A DNA stretch of 64,000 nt from Halarcobacter sp. (GTDB taxonomy: Bacteria > Campylobacterota > Campylobacteria > Campylobacterales > Arcobacteraceae): NCBI GenBank assembly GCA_048571215.1, contig CP182352.1, positions 800,001-864,000 of the forward strand. The letters are read 5' to 3'. Below the pieces are notes generated by a model, which was not told the DNA's origin, searched no databases, and worked only from the letters and a program-made list of their open reading frames with translations. Positions within the stretch are counted from its first letter, which is position 1, and every line of letters begins with the position of its first letter. Positions 1-9,323 of this stretch are shown piece by piece. The position numbers were made by a program, and so were the translations under genes.

Positions 1-171
1 GTATTTGATGCTTTAGGAAGTGATAGATGTTATAAAAAAGCTTGGCCATTGGATAAAATACTTCAGTTTTTTAAAGATCAAAAAGGTAAACATTTTGATC
101 CAGAATTAGTTGACCTTTTTATGAATAACTTAGATTCTTTTTTAGAAATAAGAAATAAATATATAGATTAA
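1..171 (+). CDS. HD-GYP domain phosphodiesterase, C-terminal fragment (5' end outside window)
   Basis: Frame 1 reads VFDALGSDRCYKKAWP...GKHFDPELV...*, the typical HD-GYP C-terminus. Confidence 0.85.
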   Translation, partial: VFDALGSDRCYKKAWPLDKILQFFKDQKGKHFDPELVDLFMNNLDSFLEIRNKYID

Positions 172-205
172 TAAACCATAACCAAGCATTTTAATTAGAT
201 TATTT

Positions 206-1534
206 GAGACCGTTCAAAAATCTGTGTCAAGTCACCTAAAGTAACAAATCCATACTTGTTACAACTCTAAATAATTATCCAATCTCCCTTCGAAAAATAT
301 AGCAAGTTGGGAGATTGTTAAACTCCAATTATGCACTGGCTGAGTCCATTTTACTTTTGCATTTAATATTCCCATATACAACAATTTTAAAAGTGAATTC
401 TCATTAGGGAAAGCTCCTTTTGTTTTGGTTAATTTTCTAAATTGCCTATGTACAGATTCAATAATATTTGTAGTGTACATAATCTTTCTTATCTCTTTTG
501 GATATTTAAAATAATAAGATAAATTCTCCCATTTATTTTGCCAAGATTGAAGTACTATGGGATATCTTTTCCCCATTTTTCATCTAGTTTTAAAAGCTCA
601 TCTTCTGCAAGTTCTTTTGTTGTTGCTTGATAAACAAGTTTTAAATCTCTCATAAACTCTTTTTGGTCTTTAGAAGCTACATACTTCAATGAATTACGAA
701 TTTGATGTACAACACAAAGTTGTACTTCGGTATTTGGATATATTGTTTTAATAGCTTCAGGAAAGCCTTTAAGACCATCTACTGATGCAATTAGTATATC
801 TTCTAATCCTCTATTATTTAAATCAGTAAGAACACTAAGCCAGAAGTTTGCTCCTTCACTTTGGGATAAATATAATCCTAATATATCTTTTTTACCATCA
901 ATTCCCATCCCTAAAACTGTGTAAACTGCTTTACTCACATACTTCCCACCATCTTTTATTTTATAATGTATCGCATCAAGCCATACAAATGGATAAATAG
1001 CTTCTAAAGGTCTACTTTGCCAAGCTTTTACCTTATCTATAATTTTATCTGTAATAGTGCTTATTGTTGCACTTGATAATTGTATTTGATATATCTCTTC
1101 AATATGTTTTATAATATCTCTATAGCTTAATCCTAAGCCATACATAGATAATATCTTTTCTTCTATTTCATTAGACATTGTTGTTTGGTTTTTCTTTACA
1201 AGTTGTGGTTCAAAAGAACCTGTTCTATCTCTTGGAGTATTCAATTCAAAGGAACCACTTGTTGATTTTATTGTTTTAGAGCTTTTACCATTCTTTCTAT
1301 TTTTATTTCCTGCAAATACATCTTGAGTTATATGAGAATCTAATTCTGCTTCTAAAGCAGCTTCAACTAATTGTTTTACTAATGGAGCAAGTACTCCATC
1401 TTTACCATTGATATTTTTACCTGCAAGTAAATCTTGTACAGCTTCATTAAAATCAAATTGTTTTTTCTTTTCCATCTATATCAATCCTTATAATATTTAT
1501 TATATCAGACTGACACAGATTTTCTAACACTCCC
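206..1534 (-). mobile_element. IS256-family element, copy 1 (1329 bp)
   Basis: Imperfect IRs GAGACCGTTCAAAAATCTGTGTCA / GGGAGTGTTAGAAAATCTGTGTCA; 8-bp TSD GATTATTT at 198-205 and 1535-1542; apparently the same sequence as copy 2 apart from one base. Confidence 0.95.
259..1475 (-). pseudogene. IS256 transposase split by a -1 frameshift
   Basis: ORFs 555..1475 and 259..576 together equal the 405-aa transposase of copy 2; G-run is G4 here (571-574) vs G5 in copy 2. Confidence 0.85.
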
Positions 1535-2032
1535 GATTATTTCATTTTTAATATTATTGCACCAAATTGAAATTCTTTCATCAGTCAATTCCTCTTGGTT
1601 GTCTTCATCTAAAGCAAGTCCAACAAAACTGCCATCTTTTATGGCTAAAGATTCCTCTTGAAAGTATTCTTCTGTGATATCCCAATTTCCTATAATATTT
1701 GCACCATTTTCAACAACCTTTTCATAAATCTGTCCCATAGCATCAAGGTAGTTATCTGCATATCCATCTTGATCCCCCAATCCAAACAAGGCAACAGTTT
1801 TTCCTGTGAAATCTATTTTACAAAACTCATCCCAAAGTTCATCCCAATCATCTTGCAAGTCTCCTTCTCCCCAAGTAGAAGTACCTAAAATCACCTTATC
1901 ATAAGTTGATATTTTTTTTACTCCACTTGATGCTATATTAAAATATTCTACTCCACCAAGTGTTTTAGCTATCTCTTTTGCAACATTTGAAGTATTTCCA
2001 GTACTACTTGCATAAAATATTGCTGTTGCCAT
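1505..2032 (-). CDS. fldA: Long-chain flavodoxin, C-terminus extended into IS256
   Basis: SSTGNT phosphate loop, TSTWGEG, GLGDQ, GLALDEDNQ motifs. Confidence 0.92.
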   Translation of the reverse strand: MATAIFYASSTGNTSNVAKEIAKTLGGVEYFNIASSGVKKISTYDKVILGTSTWGEGDLQDDWDELWDEFCKIDFTGKTVALFGLGDQDGYADNYLDAMGQIYEKVVENGANIIGNWDITEEYFQEESLAIKDGSFVGLALDEDNQEELTDERISIWCNNIKNEIIGSVRKSVSV

Positions 2033-2450
2033 TGCATCTCCTTTTTTTTCTTAATATTGATTTAAGTGAATAGGGTATTACTTTTATAATATACTCTTCA
2101 CTACATGCATCAAGCTCTTTAACTTTTACTTGTATATGTTTTGTAAAATTATCATGTTTTGGGTAAACAAGGTAAATTTGAGAAAAGTTATCATTTAATA
2201 TAATATCTTTTGCTTTTTCAATCTCTTTTGAAATATTAAGGTTTTTTATATCTATCTCTTTATTTACTGGGATAACTCTAACGGGAAGACTATCAAAAGG
2301 TGCTATATCAATACTATCAAAGTTATTTATTACATCTCTATTTTTTGTATCTCGTGATATCTTTTCATAAACAAAATCGAAAAAACTTTGTTGATAATCT
2401 TTAGTAGAACTATAGATACCTAGCAATTTATTGCAATCATTTATACTCAT
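2004..2450 (-). CDS. Hypothetical protein in fldA operon
   Basis: 148-aa ORF with AGGA RBS, overlaps fldA start. Confidence 0.65.
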   Translation of the reverse strand: MSINDCNKLLGIYSSTKDYQQSFFDFVYEKISRDTKNRDVINNFDSIDIAPFDSLPVRVIPVNKEIDIKNLNISKEIEKAKDIILNDNFSQIYLVYPKHDNFTKHIQVKVKELDACSEEYIIKVIPYSLKSILRKKRRCNGNSNILCK

Positions 2451-2486
2451 CTTTTTTCCTTTTTTTCTAGTGTTTTTATTTTTTAA

Positions 2487-2657
2487 TTAACTATGTTCAA
2501 GAACAAATTTTGTTACTCTTAGAGCTTGATTCTTATCTACATCTTTATGTCTCATTTGAACTATTTTCATAACTGAACATAAGATTTTCTCTTTTTTAGA
2601 AAAACCTGATTGTTCTACTATACGATTTATTTTGCTTTGTAAAATTCTATCTGACAT
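2487..2657 (-). CDS. Small hypothetical protein (56 aa, MSDRILQSKINR...VLEHS), not in ORF track
   Basis: ATG at 2657 with AAGGAG RBS, TAA at 2487-2489, first gene after Fur boxes. Confidence 0.65.
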   Translation of the reverse strand: MSDRILQSKINRIVEQSGFSKKEKILCSVMKIVQMRHKDVDKNQALRVTKFVLEHS

Positions 2658-2670
2658 ACCTTCTCCTTAT

Positions 2671-2742
2671 TGATAATCATTATTAAGATGTAATCATAAA
2701 ATAAACTAACTTAAACAATTCTTATATTAATAATGATTATCA
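2671..2742. promoter_or_regulatory. Two Fur-box-like 7-1-7 sites
   Basis: TGATAATCATTATTA (2671-2685) and its exact reverse complement TAATAATGATTATCA (2728-2742) upstream of the flavodoxin operon. Confidence 0.75.
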
Positions 2743-2818
2743 AAATATTTTAAAAACTAATACACAAGTAATAAACAAAGATTAAGTATAATAATAAAAT
2801 TTTGCAAAAGGAAAAAAT

Positions 2819-3478
2819 TTGAAAGTTTTATTATTGGAAGATGATCCTGCTTTAAATGACCTACTTAATGAGCACTTATGTGATAAAGGTTATGCTGTAA
2901 CACTATGTACTAATGGTCAAGAGGCTTTAGAGTATTTAGTTGATGAAATCTATGATCTAGCACTTTTAGATATAAATACACCACTTATGAGTGGAATAGA
3001 GGTTTTAAAAACTTTACGAACTGAGTATAAAAATCAAACACCAATTATAATTCTTACAGCTTACCAAGATACAAAACATCTAAAAGAGTCATTTGAAAGT
3101 GGTGTTGATGATTATATAAAAAAGCCTTTTGACTTAGAAGAGTTAGACCAAAGATTATTAAAACTTTGTAAACAATTTATGATAGAACAAAACGATATGA
3201 TACAAATAGACAATGATATTTTTTTTGACCAAGAATCTTGCCAGTTAAATATTAAGGGTAATATAAAACATCTAGCTCAAAAAGAAAGAGATATTTTAAA
3301 ATATTTTTGTAAACATAAAAATAGAGTTATTTCATCAGATGAACTTTTACAAAATATTTGGGCTTATGAAGAGATGCCTACAGATGCAACTATTAGGGTT
3401 TATATAAAAAATCTCAGGGAATACTTAGGGAAAGAGAAAATTCAAACCATAAGAGGAATAGGGTATAAATTTGAATAA
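2819..3478 (+). CDS. OmpR-family response regulator
   Basis: Receiver (LLEDD, LLDI, KPF) plus winged-helix ending TIRGIGYK. Confidence 0.93.
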   Translation: MKVLLLEDDPALNDLLNEHLCDKGYAVTLCTNGQEALEYLVDEIYDLALLDINTPLMSGIEVLKTLRTEYKNQTPIIILTAYQDTKHLKESFESGVDDYIKKPFDLEELDQRLLKLCKQFMIEQNDMIQIDNDIFFDQESCQLNIKGNIKHLAQKERDILKYFCKHKNRVISSDELLQNIWAYEEMPTDATIRVYIKNLREYLGKEKIQTIRGIGYKFE

Positions 3479-4640
3479 AAATGAAATAAAAGCACTTATT
3501 AGTTTTTTATCTATATATGTAGGTTCAGCTTTATTTTTAATAAGTATATTGCTTTATATTTATTATGAAGATGAGATAAAAAGTTTAGAAAACACTTGTA
3601 GTATGCAGCTTAGCAATTTCTCTATGAAAATAAAAGGTGATATACTAAACTCTTATATGCATCATAAAAAGTTTATTCCAAAAAAACTTAAAAACAATGA
3701 GATAAAATATGCACTTTTTGATAAAAATAAAAAGTTGATTTATTCATATTTAGATGGAAAAGAGTTGATTGATTTTCAAAAAAAGTTTTATGAAAGTGGT
3801 CTTTTTCATTTTTATGTGGAGGAGTTAAATGAAGCAAATATCCCAATAAAATATATTGTGATGCAAACCTGCCAAGGGGTTGAAGATAGAGATAGATTAA
3901 AAATTTATGTGGCAATTGCTTTAGTTTTAAGTGCTGTATTTGTTGGTTTTATTGCATATTTTCTTGCAAAGATTTTGTTAAAACCCGTTAGGGAAAAAGT
4001 CATAGATATGGATAACTTTATAAAAGATTCTGCCCATGAGTTAAATACTCCTGTTGCAGTATTGATGACCTCTGTTTCTATGCTAAAAAAAGGCAAAAAT
4101 CCAAGTAAGATGATGAAATATATCTTAAGTAGTTCAAAACAAATATCCCAAATCTATAACGATATCCATTTTTCAGCCTTTGAAAATATGAATGAGCAGA
4201 TAGAAGATAAATTTAATCTAAAAGAGTTAGTGCAAGATAGTGTAGAATATTTTAATGATATCTCCATAACAAAAAATATAAAAATAGATTCTAAACTTGA
4301 TGATTGTTTTATCAAAATGGATAAAACCAAGACTCAAAAAGTGGTAAATAATTTAATTTCAAATGCGATTAAATACAGTAATAAAGATTCTAATATCTTA
4401 GTTAAGCTTGAAGATTCTAATTTTAGTGTGCAAGATTTTGGAATAGGTATCTCAAAACAGCAACAAGATGAGATTTTCAAAAGATATAAAAGGGGAAATA
4501 CTATTGAGGGTGGTTTTGGAATAGGTTTAGATATAGTAAAAAGAGTTTGTAAAAGTTATAATCTCAAACTCTCTTTAGAATCTATACCAAATAAAGGTTC
4601 TACTTTTAATGTAGATTTTTCAAATCTTACTTACCAATAG
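3471..4640 (+). CDS. Sensor histidine kinase
   Basis: 2 TM, H-box HELNTP, N-box NLISNAIKY, DFGIG, GFGIGL. Confidence 0.93.
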   Translation: MNKNEIKALISFLSIYVGSALFLISILLYIYYEDEIKSLENTCSMQLSNFSMKIKGDILNSYMHHKKFIPKKLKNNEIKYALFDKNKKLIYSYLDGKELIDFQKKFYESGLFHFYVEELNEANIPIKYIVMQTCQGVEDRDRLKIYVAIALVLSAVFVGFIAYFLAKILLKPVREKVIDMDNFIKDSAHELNTPVAVLMTSVSMLKKGKNPSKMMKYILSSSKQISQIYNDIHFSAFENMNEQIEDKFNLKELVQDSVEYFNDISITKNIKIDSKLDDCFIKMDKTKTQKVVNNLISNAIKYSNKDSNILVKLEDSNFSVQDFGIGISKQQQDEIFKRYKRGNTIEGGFGIGLDIVKRVCKSYNLKLSLESIPNKGSTFNVDFSNLTYQ

Positions 4641-5232
4641 AGTTTATTTTTAAAGAGATAATAAAAGGCTCTTTATGTTCTATATCTAAATTTGAACCAA
4701 TCGATCTTTTATGATGGTTTGATAACTCACCTTGGATAGTTTGAAATACATGCCAGAATTTTTCATTGAATGGGGCACTTATATTTTTTAGTTGGTGTAT
4801 TATTATATCATCAACTATAATCTCTATTAGATGGTTATATATTATTTTATTGGTTTCCCTTTGTAGTCTATATTTTTTCATTATAATTAGATTGTTTTTT
4901 AAAATTCTTTGTTCCTCTTTTGTTAAACCCTTATAACCATCAACCTCTTTAATCTCCTCATCTAATTGAATTTCCAATTGAGTAATCTCTCTATCACAAG
5001 TTGGTTTTAAGTTTGGTTTTAACTTTAAAATTTTATTTAAAATCTCATCATCACTAATTCTTATTTTTTCTATGAGATGTGTATAAACTGTATCTTTTTC
5101 ATAATCATGGTGGATTGCATTATAAATTTCTATAGCTGGATTTATATAAACATATTTATCATCTTTCCCACTTTTAAAACTAATACCATGAACAGATATC
5201 ATCTCTTTGGGTCCTACATACTTAAGTTCCAT
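4627..5232 (-). CDS. Hypothetical protein
   Basis: 201-aa ORF, no motif recognised. Confidence 0.65.
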   Translation of the reverse strand: MELKYVGPKEMISVHGISFKSGKDDKYVYINPAIEIYNAIHHDYEKDTVYTHLIEKIRISDDEILNKILKLKPNLKPTCDREITQLEIQLDEEIKEVDGYKGLTKEEQRILKNNLIIMKKYRLQRETNKIIYNHLIEIIVDDIIIHQLKNISAPFNEKFWHVFQTIQGELSNHHKRSIGSNLDIEHKEPFIISLKINSIGK

Positions 5233-5305
5233 ATAAATAACCTTTAGTTTTAATAATTTACTTCTATTTTATTCAAATGTTAATAAAATATAGCAAAGGT
5301 AAATA

Positions 5306-5878
5306 ATGAATAATGTAATCAAAATGTTTAAAACTCATGAATTAACTGATACAAAGTTTGTTCACCCTGTGAAAATCACTTATAATCAAAATGGAAAAGA
5401 TAAGGTTTGGGAAGCTGTAAAGAGCTTTGATTCTGTTGCAGTTTTACTTTTTCATGAAGAAAAAAATTCTTTTTTATTAGTAAAGCAGTTTCGTCCACCT
5501 GTATATTTAAATGATTCTAAAAAATTATGCACATATGAACTTTGTGCAGGTATTGTTGATAAAGACAAGTCTTTAGAATATATAGCAAAAGAGGAGATAG
5601 ATGAAGAGTGTGGTTTTGATGTTCCTTTAGAGAATATTGAAAAAATCACCTCTTTTTATACAAATGTAGGGGTTAGTGGAGGTTGCCAAACTCTTTATTA
5701 TGCCAAGATTGATGATTCTATGAAGATTCACGATGGTGGAGGGATAAATGATGAAGAGATTGAGATAATGTATTTGCCAATAGATGATTATGAAGAGTTT
5801 ATCTATGATGAATCAAAGGCAAAAACACCAGGACTTATATTTTCATTTATGTGGTTTATGAAAAATAAGAAAATTTAA
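5306..5878 (+). CDS. NUDIX hydrolase (nucleoside-diphosphate-sugar pyrophosphatase type)
   Basis: KQFRPP and Nudix box AGIVD...AKEEIDEECG. Confidence 0.9.
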   Translation: MNNVIKMFKTHELTDTKFVHPVKITYNQNGKDKVWEAVKSFDSVAVLLFHEEKNSFLLVKQFRPPVYLNDSKKLCTYELCAGIVDKDKSLEYIAKEEIDEECGFDVPLENIEKITSFYTNVGVSGGCQTLYYAKIDDSMKIHDGGGINDEEIEIMYLPIDDYEEFIYDESKAKTPGLIFSFMWFMKNKKI

Positions 5879-5930
5879 GGCACTGAGGGCATTGGGAAAT
5901 AGGGGGGGTAGCAACTGAGTCCTAATTTTT

Positions 5931-5955
5931 AAATAAGTAAGTAGTTTACTTATTT
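5931..5955. terminator. Hairpin downstream of NUDIX gene
   Basis: AAATAAGTAA-GTAGT-TTACTTATTT inverted repeat. Confidence 0.4.
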
Positions 5956-5962
5956 TACGAAG

Positions 5963-7292
5963 GGGAGTGTTAGAAAATCTGTGTCAGTCTGATATAATAA
6001 ATATTATAAGGATTGATATAGATGGAAAAGAAAAAACAATTTGATTTTAATGAAGCTGTACAAGATTTACTTGCAGGTAAAAATATCAATGGTAAAGATG
6101 GAGTACTTGCTCCATTAGTAAAACAATTAGTTGAAGCTGCTTTAGAAGCAGAATTAGATTCTCATATAACTCAAGATGTATTTGCAGGAAATAAAAATAG
6201 AAAGAATGGTAAAAGCTCTAAAACAATAAAATCAACAAGTGGTTCCTTTGAATTGAATACTCCAAGAGATAGAACAGGTTCTTTTGAACCACAACTTGTA
6301 AAGAAAAACCAAACAACAATGTCTAATGAAATAGAAGAAAAGATATTATCTATGTATGGCTTAGGATTAAGCTATAGAGATATTATAAAACATATTGAAG
6401 AGATATATCAAATACAATTATCAAGTGCAACAATAAGCACTATTACAGATAAAATTATAGATAAGGTAAAAGCTTGGCAAAGTAGACCTTTAGAAGCTAT
6501 TTATCCATTTGTATGGCTTGATGCGATACATTATAAAATAAAAGATGGTGGGAAGTATGTGAGTAAAGCAGTTTACACAGTTTTAGGGATGGGAATTGAT
6601 GGTAAAAAAGATATATTAGGATTATATTTATCCCAAAGTGAAGGAGCAAACTTCTGGCTTAGTGTTCTTACTGATTTAAATAATAGAGGATTAGAAGATA
6701 TACTAATTGCATCAGTAGATGGTCTTAAAGGCTTTCCTGAAGCTATTAAAACAATATATCCAAATACCGAAGTACAACTTTGTGTTGTACATCAAATTCG
6801 TAATTCATTGAAGTATGTAGCTTCTAAAGACCAAAAAGAGTTTATGAGAGATTTAAAACTTGTTTATCAAGCAACAACAAAAGAACTTGCAGAAGATGAG
6901 CTTTTAAAACTAGATGAAAAATGGGGGAAAAGATATCCCATAGTACTTCAATCTTGGCAAAATAAATGGGAGAATTTATCTTATTATTTTAAATATCCAA
7001 AAGAGATAAGAAAGATTATGTACACTACAAATATTATTGAATCTGTACATAGGCAATTTAGAAAATTAACCAAAACAAAAGGAGCTTTCCCTAATGAGAA
7101 TTCACTTTTAAAATTGTTGTATATGGGAATATTAAATGCAAAAGTAAAATGGACTCAGCCAGTGCATAATTGGAGTTTAACAATCTCCCAACTTGCTATA
7201 TTTTTCGAAGGGAGATTGGATAATTATTTAGAGTTGTAACAAGTATGGATTTGTTACTTTAGGTGACTTGACACAGATTTTTGAACGGTCTC
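5963..7292 (+). mobile_element. IS256-family element, copy 2 (1330 bp)
   Basis: Same IRs as copy 1; 8-bp TSD TTACGAAG at 5955-5962 and 7293-7300. Confidence 0.96.
6022..7239 (+). CDS. IS256-family (Mutator-type) transposase, intact
   Basis: PRDR, WLDA, SVDGLKG, CVVHQIRN, YTTNIIES motifs. Confidence 0.96.
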   Translation: MEKKKQFDFNEAVQDLLAGKNINGKDGVLAPLVKQLVEAALEAELDSHITQDVFAGNKNRKNGKSSKTIKSTSGSFELNTPRDRTGSFEPQLVKKNQTTMSNEIEEKILSMYGLGLSYRDIIKHIEEIYQIQLSSATISTITDKIIDKVKAWQSRPLEAIYPFVWLDAIHYKIKDGGKYVSKAVYTVLGMGIDGKKDILGLYLSQSEGANFWLSVLTDLNNRGLEDILIASVDGLKGFPEAIKTIYPNTEVQLCVVHQIRNSLKYVASKDQKEFMRDLKLVYQATTKELAEDELLKLDEKWGKRYPIVLQSWQNKWENLSYYFKYPKEIRKIMYTTNIIESVHRQFRKLTKTKGAFPNENSLLKLLYMGILNAKVKWTQPVHNWSLTISQLAIFFEGRLDNYLEL

Positions 7293-7500
7293 TTACGAAG
7301 TTCACATATACTCTTCCATACAAAGCTAAAAAAGATACATTTAGTATCTTTTCTTAACTTCTTCTATGTATTAAATTAAACTTATCAATATAAAAAAAGT
7401 TATCGTTATCTATTGAGCCCTATTTTATGCTAATCTCTAAATCATAGGGCTTGTGGGCTTAACTTAATGGCATTGCAACTGTCCCCTTTTATTTTTTATT

Positions 7501-7857
7501 TTAATCTAGTTCTTCCCATATCTCTTTTTTGTCATCTTTATTATAATATTTTTCCAAATCTATCGTTTTAATATTACATTTAGGACATATACCATCTTTT
7601 AAATTAGGGTAATTATATGTTTCTTTACATTTTGGACATTTTGAATACTTTATAGATTGAAATTTTCTTTTTCTTTTAATTGCGTAAATTATTATGATTA
7701 TTCCAATCACGATTTCAATAGTTCCAATGAAAAAACCATCATCCAGTTTTTCATAGTATATTGGACTTAAACCACCTAAGCCAGGTATATTTTCAAGATT
7801 AAAAAAAAAGCTTAATAAACCTTTTGTTAAAATTATTATTCCAAAAATTAAAATCAT
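7501..7857 (-). CDS. Putative immunity protein (2 TM plus C-terminal CPKC...CPKC zinc ribbon)
   Basis: ATGA overlap with upstream tip; hydrophobic N-half. Confidence 0.65.
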   Translation of the reverse strand: MILIFGIIILTKGLLSFFFNLENIPGLGGLSPIYYEKLDDGFFIGTIEIVIGIIIIIYAIKRKRKFQSIKYSKCPKCKETYNYPNLKDGICPKCNIKTIDLEKYYNKDDKKEIWEELD

Positions 7858-8085
7858 TTTGGTACACTTTTGTCATTAGGGTCATAACCTGAAGGTTTAG
7901 GATAAAAATAGTTTTTAACTTTTTGATAAATAATCTCTGCCATACCTTCTCCTCCAACAAAATATCCTGTCTGACTTGATGAAGGTATTCCTAAAGGATA
8001 ACTTTCAATAGCATCTACAAGTAGCTGATTATTTGTATTTGTATTCCTTAACTGGAAATTCCAAGCATCACGGACAGCAATTTTT
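7854..8085 (-). pseudogene. Truncated toxin-tip tail (AVRDAWNFQL...DKSVPK)
   Basis: Coding-like segment starts directly after palindromic site 8088-8106; the upstream part of ORF 7854..8189 runs through non-coding repeats. Confidence 0.5.
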
Positions 8086-8087
8086 AA

Positions 8088-8106
8088 AAAGGTGCCTGTC
8101 ACCTTT
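8088..8106. repeat. Palindromic junction site AAAGGTG-CCTGT-CACCTTT
   Basis: Perfect 7-bp IR with 5-nt spacer; near-identical copies at 9221-9239, 11114-11132, 11872-11890. Confidence 0.85.
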
Positions 8107-8131
8107 ATTTTTTTATTGTTATTTATATATA

Positions 8132-8159
8132 CATTCCCAAGCTGGAGCTTGGGAACGAG
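8132..8159. repeat. REP-like hairpin TTCCCAAGCT-GG-AGCTTGGGAA
   Basis: Perfect 10-bp IR at 8134-8155, GC-rich against AT-rich background. Confidence 0.7.
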
Positions 8160-8196
8160 GAAATGAGGAATAAAAGTTATCGTTATCACTTGACCC

Positions 8197-8292
8197 CTAA
8201 TTTCCTAATTTGCTAATTTCTGTACATTGAGTATATGAATATACATTTGTTATACTTAGCGCGAAAACAATACTTGTTATAAACTTTTTCAT
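8197..8292 (-). pseudogene. Truncated gene start with signal peptide (MKKFITSIVFALSITNVYS...)
   Basis: Cut at site 8190-8197; upstream junction TTTTTCATAAATTTACTTT is also found at the tip/immunity junction near 8725-8743. Confidence 0.45.
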
Positions 8293-8363
8293 AAATTTAC
8301 TTTGTATAATATATTTATCAATCAAATAGTTATCCTTATCACTTGACCCCTAATTCTCTAATT

Positions 8364-8732
8364 CTAATTTTTTTTATTCTTTATTTTATTATTTAAAAGA
8401 AAAAAAATATACACTATTAATATTATCTCAAAAAAATATACATAAACTATATTTATAGTATTTGGTAAAAAAATATAGTACATGTTATGTATAATTAACA
8501 TTAATAAAAAATAAAAGTAAATTTTTAAATTTTTATCAAATAATATTATTAACAAATTTTTAAATATAAATGGTATTAAAATAATGCATATTTCAATAAT
8601 TACTATTATGATAAATATTATTAAAGTTCCTTTATTACCAATATCATTTATCATTTTTTCTGAGTTAAATATGTATAAAAATAAAATTCGTAACAAGAAA
8701 TAAATAGCTAATATAAGAAATATTTTTTTCAT
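8364..8732 (-). CDS. Putative immunity protein (multi-TM)
   Basis: Very hydrophobic 122-aa ORF 4 nt downstream of tip. Confidence 0.65.
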   Translation of the reverse strand: MKKIFLILAIYFLLRILFLYIFNSEKMINDIGNKGTLIIFIIIVIIEICIILIPFIFKNLLIILFDKNLKIYFYFLLMLIIHNMYYIFLPNTINIVYVYFFEIILIVYIFFLLNNKIKNKKN

Positions 8733-8736
8733 AAAT

Positions 8737-9216
8737 TTACTTTCTATTTAATCTGCGATAATTTCTGTCTACTCTAGATGCCCAATCTTGACAATTATTG
8801 TAAACAAAATCATATTTTCTTATATAAGTTACTCCTATGGCTTCTAATAAAATATCATCATCGTAATATTTCAATTGAGAATAATCATTTATAGTAAATC
8901 CTTTATCTACCCTTACTCCATCAGGGAAAAATCCTATTACTGTACCATCTTTTAGAATAAATCCTTCATGAGCCACTAAAATATTTTTATAATCAGCAAT
9001 AGAACCCCTTCTCCCAAAAAGTAATTTATCACCAAGTTTTCTAAATCCACCTTCCTCATTAAACAAATGCACAAAAGCCCCAGTAACAACTCCATTTGCA
9101 AACTTGCCAGCACTTATTTCTGAAACAGTACATGATACTAAAGATGTAAACATAGTTCCCTTTCCTACTCCCAACCTTTTGGTGCTGTAAATCCACTCCA
9201 AAAACTTGCACTCCAT
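8737..9216 (-). CDS. Orphan toxin tip, putative papain-like (H...NNCQDW) domain
   Basis: Conserved GKFANGVVTGAFVHLFN block then AHEGF and YDFVYNNCQDW. Confidence 0.65.
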   Translation of the reverse strand: MECKFLEWIYSTKRLGVGKGTMFTSLVSCTVSEISAGKFANGVVTGAFVHLFNEEGGFRKLGDKLLFGRRGSIADYKNILVAHEGFILKDGTVIGFFPDGVRVDKGFTINDYSQLKYYDDDILLEAIGVTYIRKYDFVYNNCQDWASRVDRNYRRLNRK

Positions 9217-9249
9217 TGATAAAGGTGCCTGTCCCCTTTACTCTAGTCT

Positions 9250-9316
9250 TTGTGCTTATATATAATTATATATATTACTTAGTTAAAAGCTATTGAAAGT
9301 GGAGATTCATCCTCAG
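9250..9316. repeat. 67-bp direct repeat, copy A
   Basis: Identical to 10081-10147; contains palindrome TATATATAATTATATATA. Confidence 0.9.
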
Positions 9317-9323
9317 GGGGGTG

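Noticed and set aside
5902..5908. G7 tract as phase-variation switch
   Set aside because: Short, intergenic, downstream of a gene and part of a junction-site arm.
206..7292. Composite transposon that arrived as one unit
   Set aside because: Each IS has its own distinct TSD; no shared outer duplication.
7441..7475. IS terminal repeat CAATGCCATTAAGTTAAG (minus strand)
   Set aside because: It looks like an IS end, but no partner repeat or transposase was found, so it cannot be supported.
8086..8189. N-terminus of ORF 7854..8189 as real protein
   Set aside because: It is translated from two junction sites and the REP-like hairpin, so it is probably incidental.
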